From Seison nebaliae (taxonomy: Eukaryota): DNA of 22,113 nt. Shown here one piece after another: positions 10,429-19,930 of this stretch (the first letter of the stretch is position 1; each line of letters opens with the position of its first letter). Location of the stretch: NCBI GenBank assembly GCA_023231475.1, contig JALJEE010000232.1:62001-84113 (forward strand). The letters run 5' to 3'. The notes under the pieces are model-generated. The model searched no databases, was not told where the DNA came from, and was given only the letters and a program-made list of their open reading frames with translations. The position numbers and the translations under genes are program-made.

Positions 10429-13044
10429 ATGAAACTTCCAGATAATGGGACAATGGTGTCGGACGAACCATTATATCCAAAATTGCGAGCTGTGTCCATC
10501 CTCCTCCGAATTTACATACCGCCCTTTGTCATTGTTATCGGATGTATATGCAACATTTTAACGTTCATTATTATGCGACGTCGTCGTCTCCGTACATCCT
10601 CCACTTGTTTCTATATGGCTGTTTTGGCCATCGCTGATACGAGTGCACTAATCATCGGTTATCTTCAATTTTGGATATATCAAGCATTTGCATGGACACC
10701 ACTTTTGGTCTCAGATTTTGCGTGTAAAAGTTCCACATTCGCATTAATCACTTCATCGCATTATGCCGTTTGGTTGATTGTGGCGATGACGATCGAACGA
10801 TTTATTGCGGTGTCTTATCCTCTCAAATCAATGATTTTCTGCACAGTCCGTCGTGCTAAGATCGTTTGTGTTATGATTCTCTTGTTATGTATCATCATCA
10901 ATAGTCATTATTTCTTCACTAATCAATTACAACAAACGGTGATCAATTTGAAAACGAATGAATCGATTTTGGATTGTGGATTCAAACTCAAATATAAATA
11001 TTTCAATCAAAATATTTGGGTGCATATCGATGCCGTTATTTATTCATACGCTCCATGGACGATTGTTGTCATCTTCAATTTATTAATTGTCTCCTCACTC
11101 ATTCGTGCTAATCGAATGCAACAAGGATTAATTAATCGACAAGATGATCGAAGAGCAACTGCTTCTTCTTTATTTGAAGTCAATCAAATCGAACGACCAC
11201 TTATCAATGAAAGTAAGCGTATGTCATTGAATGATGCTATCACTAATAGATGTTCGAAGAGTATTCAAATTACATTACATAGTGCGCCAAACTCTCCCGA
11301 GATTGATAGACAAAAGAACTCCATCAAAATCAACATTGTTCAACAACCGTATGATAAGAAGAAAGTGACCGATCCTCAAACAAAAGAGAAACAACGATTA
11401 ACTGCCATGCTTCTCATTGTTTCGTTGTCATTCATTATTTGTACATTGCCCATCGTACTAGGACAAATTTCATGGAAGGGAGAAATGCAAAATGCCAAAT
11501 CAGAGTTCGTACAAGCCATTGGCACCTTATTCCAATATGTCAATCATTCAATTAACTTCTTTTTATACGCATTCATCGGCATCGTATTTCGACAACAACT
11601 CAAAATTCTATTCAAGGAAAATATCTTCTATCGATGCATCCAACATACGAAGCATTATATCGCTCGTAGTAATGGAGAATTAATTAAGCAAAAAAGCATT
11701 AAATCTCGCATTAGATCATCAAACAATTACCAATCTCACAAATTGTCCAACATACCATCTAATACCAGTGTACCCCAAATAAACTCGAAAATTGCCACAA
11801 AATATACGAAAAATAATGATGAGAATAAGCCTAACGAAAACTATAAAACTGACTTACCAATAGCTGATACTACATTTACGAAAAGGAACATCAAAGCAAT
11901 TGGAATGGAGAATGAAATTAATTCAAAACAAAAGAAATTAGAAGCGGATCATTTGGAAAATGATAATTTGATAGAAGAAAGTTCTAAAACTGATCATCCC
12001 GAAAGCCAACGAGACTTGGTGAGAGAAATTTCGAAGAATGACAAATTGAATGTGGAGAAATTGGAGGAAGAAGATGGAGATGCGAGAAAGAAAATTTTGG
12101 AGATCGAAAACTTACAAAGAGATCAAATAGACGAGAAGAATATAGAGAGAAATAATTTAGAAAAAGAAGAATTTGAAAAGAATATCATTTGGCTGAAACG
12201 ATTCGATGAAATACATCGAACACATTCAGTGCCCAATTTCTATTCGAGTTACATCGAAGATGATACTCTTGAAATTAATGAGATTAAAGAAACGAATCAT
12301 ATAGAGACAGATCGATGTAAGAAGACGCCTGATGTAACTCAATCAATGTTTACTGATGGAATGTGCAGAGAGTGTTATAAGAAGATTACAAAGATTCCTT
12401 TCGATACCAATAGATTATTTTACAGCGATGATCTAATCAGTTATTATTCAATCTCTCATTTGAATGTGACAAGTAGTGACACTAATCGAATTACAACGAC
12501 TATAAACGAATATTATGATGATACTCCACCAACTAGCGCAGTAGAATTGAAGAAAAGAAAGCGATTTTTTCGTAGAAAAGCAAAACCGAAACAGAAAATG
12601 AATTACGATATTAATCAACAATCAATCAACAATTGTATTTTCGAGCAAAGTTTATTCAATTCAATTTCGTCGACAACTGTTACATCTGATGTAACGGAAG
12701 GTGAACACGCTACCCCCAAACCAATTAGTGCGTATGATAATCATCCAAAATTAATTCTCAATTTCCAAGAGAGTTATTACGATAATAATAATTTTAATAT
12801 TAATAATAAATCGAATAATAATAATAATAATAATAATAATACCTCTAAAACTGTCACGAAGAATGAAGCAGATCAAACCTTGCCAACTAGTTTAGTTGAA
12901 GAGCCAAACAAATCGTTGTCACAATCAAAGCTTTCCATAGAAACGTCGAAGAATAATGAGAATGATGAGCCTTTGAGAAATATGCTAATATCTGCCGGAA
13001 AGATTATGGATCAAATACGTGAAAATAGTGGAACATTGGTTTGA
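10429..13044 (+). CDS. Class A (rhodopsin-like) peptide GPCR, FMRFamide-receptor-like group, with long ICL3 and a ~480-aa C-terminal tail
   Basis: 871-aa ORF with seven hydrophobic segments: TM1 GCICNILT, TM2 LAIAD, TM3 MTIERFIAVSYPL, TM5 YAPW, TM6 FIICTLP, TM7 NHSINFFLY. The ERF and NFFLY variants are typical of invertebrate FMRFamide-R-like receptors. A possible acceptor (ttttag, ending 10405) with open frame up to the ATG means an upstream exon cannot be excluded. Confidence 0.88.
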   Translation: MKLPDNGTMVSDEPLYPKLRAVSILLRIYIPPFVIVIGCICNILTFIIMRRRRLRTSSTCFYMAVLAIADTSALIIGYLQFWIYQAFAWTPLLVSDFACKSSTFALITSSHYAVWLIVAMTIERFIAVSYPLKSMIFCTVRRAKIVCVMILLLCIIINSHYFFTNQLQQTVINLKTNESILDCGFKLKYKYFNQNIWVHIDAVIYSYAPWTIVVIFNLLIVSSLIRANRMQQGLINRQDDRRATASSLFEVNQIERPLINESKRMSLNDAITNRCSKSIQITLHSAPNSPEIDRQKNSIKINIVQQPYDKKKVTDPQTKEKQRLTAMLLIVSLSFIICTLPIVLGQISWKGEMQNAKSEFVQAIGTLFQYVNHSINFFLYAFIGIVFRQQLKILFKENIFYRCIQHTKHYIARSNGELIKQKSIKSRIRSSNNYQSHKLSNIPSNTSVPQINSKIATKYTKNNDENKPNENYKTDLPIADTTFTKRNIKAIGMENEINSKQKKLEADHLENDNLIEESSKTDHPESQRDLVREISKNDKLNVEKLEEEDGDARKKILEIENLQRDQIDEKNIERNNLEKEEFEKNIIWLKRFDEIHRTHSVPNFYSSYIEDDTLEINEIKETNHIETDRCKKTPDVTQSMFTDGMCRECYKKITKIPFDTNRLFYSDDLISYYSISHLNVTSSDTNRITTTINEYYDDTPPTSAVELKKRKRFFRRKAKPKQKMNYDINQQSINNCIFEQSLFNSISSTTVTSDVTEGEHATPKPISAYDNHPKLILNFQESYYDNNNFNINNKSNNNNNNNNNTSKTVTKNEADQTLPTSLVEEPNKSLSQSKLSIETSKNNENDEPLRNMLISAGKIMDQIRENSGTLV
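12814..12840 (+). repeat. (AAT)9 coding microsatellite giving poly-Asn in the GPCR tail
   Basis: Nine perfect AAT units, preceded by a degenerate Asn-rich stretch from 12781. Confidence 0.9.
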
Positions 13045-15519
13045 GTAGGAAATGAAATGGAATTTAAGGATATGACAACAATTGCCAAATGGAACAAATC
13101 GTCGACGATTAAACTTAACGAAAACGATTTCTTCTAATCGAATTTATTTATTACAATTTCACCTTCTCCTTCTCATCACTTTCTTTTTCATTCACAATTC
13201 TCCAACTCCAAGTTTACTTTATCGATTGATTTATAAAATTTCATCTCAATTATCACTCTACAATTATATAAAACTCTCGTTTTACTAAACTTATTTGGTA
13301 TAAGTAGGTAGAAGTTGATATGTTTTGTCCAAACACTTTATGACTTGCTGTCCATCATCGATTCGTTCATATTAGGTAAATTAATAAAAGAAATCTCCAA
13401 AAACTTATTGACGTTACTCGTCGAAGAACTTTCAAGAGTAACCGATTCCGATGAGTGGAATATAAAATACTAGTAGTAGTTGTTGATTTGAATTGGAAAA
13501 TTATTAGGAAGAAATTCAATTCGTTTTTCTTCCAAGAATTTTTTCGGAATGAAAAATAGTTTGAGAAGATATGACCGTAAGTGATAATAAAGTTAAATTT
13601 TTTACTTCTTTGTAATAAAACAATAATTATTCCAATATAATTCCAGTATAATTCGATAAGTCTAACTTACAAAAACAAAAAATTTATTATTTATTCAATA
13701 TGGAACTCATAAAAATAAATTGAGTGATAGAAAGATCTCGAATATCTTTCCATTGTAATCGATTTATTTTATTACTCCAACATTTACTATTATACATTTA
13801 CGAGGGGGGAGACCTCAATCGGTAACATTAGTAAGTCAGATGGGAATCGATTGAGGAAATACTAGTGGAAATGTTTGTGTATTAAAATAAAAAGAAGGAA
13901 CAGTCAATAGGTATGACATGAATCGTGAATAAAATAGTGGGGATTAATAAAGTTCAAGTAATTATATATAATTTCTCTCCCAATGTATAATTATTCCAAT
14001 AAAATTATAGCAAAGAGAAATAAAGTAGGAATGTATTGTAGAATTCGGCGTAAGAGTGACTTGCTCTCATCTAATTCGACGAATTGTTATTATTTCTTCT
14101 TTATTCTTTAGTTCTCTCTTATGGAAATTCTCTTGAAGTTTCGTTCAACATCTTTCCCTCAATTGTAGATGAGAGAAATAATGGAAAATAATTCGATAAA
14201 CAAACAGGCTAGTAAAGTTAAGAAGTACGAGAGAATTGACAAAATTTCTTTATTTTCCAATCGAACCAATTGAGACATTGAAGATCGGGGAGAAAAAGTT
14301 CTATGCAAACTTGAATTATAATTATTCCGATGAATGTTTCGAGGTCGATCGATGAATTGCTTATTTGGAAATTTCATTTATTCATCGAACCACCTCTGAC
14401 TCGCTAGTTAGAACGACAGTTGCCCCCCAAAAGAACATTACGTATAATTTTTGTAAATTTCATTTTCTCGCTAGAATTATTCCGCACTTTATTTCCATTC
14501 CCAATCAGTCATCTGATGCATCGATATATAAGTGGTTTATGTTTTCCTCTCTCATATGACATCAATACATGTCAATTTATCACGTAGATACGCAATGAGG
14601 AATCATATACATTCTCGCATAATTATATTACGTGTCTAATTCATCCACCATAATCATCTCGTCATTCCTTTCTCTACTATTATTATTCTCTGTTTTCCTC
14701 AAATAATCATCTCAACTCAAATACTACGATTCATTTATGAATTTCATACTACTACTACTTATGTACTACAAAGAATTCTAACAATTATTTAATGTGATTC
14801 AATTTATTTGTAATTATTATTTTAATTGTAAGAATTATTTACTATTATTGAAAGTAAAATCGATGGTAATATATAATGAATAGGAAATAATTATATTTTG
14901 GAATTTTCTGTTAGAAAATTTATAATTTTTGAAAAATTGTCATATTTGAGATAAATTAAGTTACAATGAATTAATATCAGAAGTTATTTCGGTCTCTTGT
15001 TTATTATGATTATTATTCTTATCGAGTCAGATTCCATCATCGAAATAATGTGAATTTAATGAGACATTCTTCAGTTAAACGTTATGTGAACTAATCATTC
15101 AGAGATTAAGAAGGAAATCACATCTTAATATTATTCTGTAGAAGCAACATGATAATATTCTTCCTAATAGGCCACTTATGACGAATAATCGAATAAGACA
15201 TCTACTAGAAATATTCTATAGTTCATCTTCCAGAAAAAAAGAGTAATTTTAGAAATCTTATTTATTTTCATGTCGAATTACCCTAATGAAATTTAATAGT
15301 TCTCACAATATTCATCAGTATGATGTTATCATGTTCATTTTCTTCTTCCGCATCAAATTCATATTCAACTCCATCTCATTTGAATATAAAAGAAAAAGAA
15401 AATCAACAAAAGGAAAATTTATAAATTCGATTCCAATTTACATCTTCATTTTTCATTCCATTCTCTATCGATACCACCATTAGACGGATGATGATATGAG
15501 TTGATTTATGTGATAAAAA

Positions 15520-17396
15520 ATGACGGTGAAGTTTCTTCACATACCTGAAACATTATTACATTGTTGTTTATGCCAAAGTATTCTGGAAGATCCTCGAGTT
15601 CTACCATGTGGTCATATGATATGCAATACGGTTTAATTTTATTCCTTTAATTTTTAATCTAATTCTTCCCTCTCAATAAGCACATTAACCAATTAAAGAA
15701 TGCTGAACAATCAAAATTGAAAGATTCGTTCGATATTCATGATGATCAATATGAATTATTGAGATCGAGAATATCGGAAATCATTTTGGATTTCAGTAGT
15801 GAATTATCTCCCAACTGTCCTCCACCAACCGACTTAACGAGAAATCGAACATTCCGTTGTCCATTATGTCGAACAATCATAAGCGATGTCAATTCATCAT
15901 CTTCCATCATTACTCCTTATCAAGTGAAAGATATTGCCGATTATTGCCTCCATTCACAGAAGAATCATGATGAAAATAAATTATCTGGTTTGATGATAGA
16001 AATCAATAATTTATTGAATCAAAATTGTTTAATATTTCAGTTGTTGCAATTTTATTAAATTCTCTTCTTTCAGATTCGAATTTCCGGAAAGCATTCAATT
16101 CTTTCCCTAACAACTATTCGTCAATGGATGTGAAAGATTCGATGAGAAATGTGAAACAACAATTCCGTCTTTTATACGCATTGTCCATCAAACTGTTTCA
16201 CTTTTATCAATTAATTTCAACATTCAATTAATTTATTATTATTATTATATTTTGAAATGGATTAATTAGAATTGATCATATTAAACAGAAATTGAATCGA
16301 CTGAAAAAGAAATATCCTCATATCGATTGGACTTTCAAGACAACCCAAACTTTTAGGACGGCTGAAGAATGTTCATTTCTTTTGCAACGAATCGAATCGC
16401 TGTCAAAAAAAGTTTCGGTGAAGAAACTATATTTAATTCACGAACTCGTCAATGGACTAGTTAATTTTAATTGAATTCTTTATATTTAGTTATCATCAAA
16501 TTCAGCCGATTATTATTGAAGTTTTAGAAAAAAGAAAATTGAGTTCGGCTAAAGCGGAACAATTATCTCAAAATATTTTATCACAAATGGAAAATTTATT
16601 AAGACGTCTAATTGGAAATGCTACATTAACATCAACTGACCCTAATCGAACAAAGTTCAACATCGACGGCAATCCAATGAAATTTTCATTCGAATCTTTC
16701 CAAAAATCACACAACGAACTAGAGAACTCAATCGGAACATTCAAAAATGCTCCAAAACTTACCGCTAATTCACCTTATAAATCCGTGGCAATTTCATCGA
16801 TTGATTCTCATAAGAAATTAAAAAATTTGAAAGGTAATCGAGAAAAAAATCAGAATGAGAATCTCAAACAGAAATATCAGAAAAGAAAAACATTTGAGAA
16901 ACGCATAAAAGCAAAAAGCAAAACGGTTTTCGATTATATTTATGAAAACATGATACTTAAAGATCGACCCTTAAATTTTTTGGGTTATCCGAAAACTGAT
17001 AATTTTACTCTTAAACAAATTTTGATCGAGAATAATATCAGATTACTGATGGAATTCGAGAGGAGAACGATAATACTCAAATGTATTGAAGAAGATAAGA
17101 ATTGCAATTTGGAGCAATGTTCAAAGATTTTGGAGAAATTGTTAAATTTCTTAGAAGGAAATATTGTGACGAAAGACATTAGGACGAAAATCGAAGAATA
17201 TGATTCTTTTAGATTATTTTGCAATAAATATTTCGTTTCCTACAAGTTATTGGAGAATGGTGATAATTCAACATTGACAATTCAAATAATTGGAGAAGAA
17301 AACAAATTACGGCGACTGAAGAATAAGTTTGACAATGAACATCCTCCATGTATATCTAAATATCAACAACGCCGTTACCATAGAAATCGTGTGTAA
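15520..17396 (+). CDS. N-terminal RING-finger protein, putative E3 ubiquitin ligase, ~552 aa
   Basis: ATG at 15520 with an in-frame TAA just upstream. Exons 15520-15630, 15681-16026, 16074-16194, 16270-16459 and 16506-17396 join four ORF-track fragments in frame. RING ligands CCLC-x11-CGH-x2-C-x2-H-x58-CPLC, with the DPRVLPCGH motif. The fourth junction is the least certain. AATAAA at 17514-17519. Confidence 0.78.
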
Positions 17397-17743
17397 GATA
17401 TTCATAAGAAACGTATGACCTTCCATGAAATTTTACATTTTCCATTAACATTTTGTAAGTAATTATTCGAAATGGTTTATTTCGTTCCACATTCTTTGTT
17501 TTCAGCAGATTAGAATAAACTTTAATAATAATCAAAATTTAATTTTCTCCTAAGAACATCTTTTATCAATGCTCTTAATTTCTTTTCTCAATAGCATTTT
17601 TTTCAAATTAGGTAATAAATTATTAGTCCACTTTTCATAACCAGTACTAATATTAAGATGATCAATTCATATTCTGTAAAAATACGATTATTTCTCTCAT
17701 AATCGAAGATTTATTAGAGAAATTAGAATCTAAATGAAAATTG

Positions 17744-19454
17744 TCAATTTTTCCATGTATATTTTGCTTGCATTTCCGAAATGGGATCGGAAAACCGTTT
17801 TGGAGGAAGGGCATTAACATATTGCTTAACAGCGGGATGTTTATCTAAATCAGGCTTCTTAAACGATTCATTAGTAGTAGTTGAATAATATAATGCTGAA
17901 AATGAAATATAATTAATGAAGAACTACAAAAATTAAACATACGAACTACCACAGTCATCATGACCAGCCATGGTTTTGTGAGAATTTTTCACTAATTTCG
18001 GAATGTATTTTGGATGAATGGGTTGGTAAGTCAGACTCTGAACAGTGAGGAATTCATTCGGTTCATTTTCTCCCCGTAGATAACCAGCTGATTCTCTCAC
18101 CGTTAATTCTTCTTCCTCAAATGGTTTTGGCTATATGAAATATAGTTGTTTTGAATAAAAAATAATTAAGGACTTGGTATTGTGCGGCATATTCCGACGC
18201 ATTCTTTTCCTCAATGTTGTAAGGGAAGACGGCGGAATTATTTAAGTCCATTCTTATAGGATCAGGTCGTTTACCTAATTTCGGTCTGTTACAAATAAAT
18301 TAATTAGGAAAGACAAAAAATATCAACTTAAATTTGTCGATCGTTTCTGAAATGAATTGATTTGGTTGAGGACTACCTTCACGGAAATTATCAGTTTTAT
18401 AATCCGTCATTGGAAATCTATTCGCTTCCAATGCATCTTTCAATGAAACTTTCTTATACGAATGTTGTGTCTCTGTCTGAAGAAGCCGTAAGCTTATAAG
18501 AAAATAATATTTTTTAAGAACTTCGGGTGATCCCATTCCATAATTGAGAGGAAATCCATTGAACGGTATTATTCTGGGTTTCATTTTGGGCAGATGTTCC
18601 AAACTATGATCAACATAAGCACTCTGATAATTGGACTCGACCGGATCATCGTACTCCTTATTTTTCAGTTCCAAACTTTTTTTCACCAATTCTATTGAAA
18701 TTACTTAAAAATTTTAAAGTAAAAACTATGTTAACGATTCAAATTAGCGTCATATGTTTCTAGAGGAGTGTAATCCGAATTGTAAATTGACGAAGTTGGT
18801 TTTTTGGGGAGTCTCGCTAGGATGTCCGAATCATTGACGGGAAAAATTGGTTCAACTTTATCGATAGGGCGACTAGTATATTTTTCCGTGTACTCGGAAC
18901 TGAAAACTTTGTCGTCCGGAAATGTTTTACGATATAATTCAGAATGGCGATTTTTTTCACAGTTGTCCATTAAAGGCAATCTTTCTAATAAATCCTTCGG
19001 CATTTGCCGTTCTTCAATCTGATTGTCGTATATATTATAAAACTTTTTCGGTTCAGCATCGGCCTGACGAGCTATTTTTTCATTAATAATAGGTGTGTAT
19101 TTTTGTAAAGAACGCTGATACCATTCATCTTTAACCTTTCCAGTATAATAATCTTGGTAACGGTATGGTTTTTGATTATTTTCGCAGTGCTACAACAAAG
19201 TAGGAGAATTATAAATAGAATAATTTGATATAGATGAATAATGAGGAGATAAGAGAATCGGGTATAAAACAATCGATGAGAGAGAATCATGACGTATCAG
19301 AAAAACAATCAGCAATAAGATATTTCAGGTGTGACATATCATCACATTTTGATTAAATTTTAAATGAAATAACAGTGAACTAAACTATTGGTTTTTCTAA
19401 AGGATAGCGGATATAGCCATGACGATATTCGGTAAGCATGTTAGAATTGTTCAT
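17744..19454 (-). CDS. Mn-motif repeat protein, SAXO/FAM154-like axonemal microtubule inner protein, ~429 aa
   Basis: Exons 19454-19386, 19189-18736, 18691-18522, 18476-18328, 18285-18174, 18130-17947 and 17895-17744 (1290 nt, TGA stop). About ten [TS]-x-[YTQM]-x3-[YF] motifs separated by Pro-rich linkers: TEYRHGY, SEYTEKY, SIYNSDY, SNYQSAY, TETQHSY, SETIDKF, SEYAAQY, TVQSLTY, TTTNESF, SEMQAKY. The gene model is solid; the family call rests on motif resemblance only. Confidence 0.65.
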
Positions 19455-19930
19455 TTTAAACAATGTAGAACTGAACTTAAATAATGATGCTGGATAATTG
19501 AAATTTTATTAAAAAAATATTTGGTTTATCGTCAGATGTTCATTGTCAAGTTGTCAAATTGTTAACAATACGAAAACTTTTATAAATTTCCTATTAATTA
19601 AACTTAATTTCAATTTCAATTTTATTCTTCTAAATCTTTTCCAAACATCTTCAATTCTCTAATTGCCATTTAACAAACATAAGTATTAATGAGTATTAGG
19701 TTATATATTTTTTTATACTTTGTAATTAATTAACTGTTTGAATTAAATTACCATATGATGCATGTACGTATATCATCATGATATATACATAATAATACAT
19801 AAGTTTTTTAAAATTTTCAACATAAAATTCAACCTCTATATTCAATTTACTTTTAATTTGTTTTATTTCATTTTTTAACTAATATAGTTCAAGCTATTTC
19901 GATATTTAATTATTCTCAAATCAATTAACA

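Noticed and set aside
13082..15483. Short ORFs at 13082, 14159, 14365 and 15286, including a possible GTT..TAG intron within 14159-14377
   Set aside because: Low-complexity F/I/L/N-rich translations typical of AT-rich non-coding DNA. The trial splice gives only a short featureless peptide.
19662..19679. Degenerate RFX X-box plus forkhead-like site (ATTGCCATTTAACAAACA) upstream of the SAXO-like gene
   Set aside because: Several mismatches to the X-box consensus, and such matches are expected by chance in AT-rich DNA.
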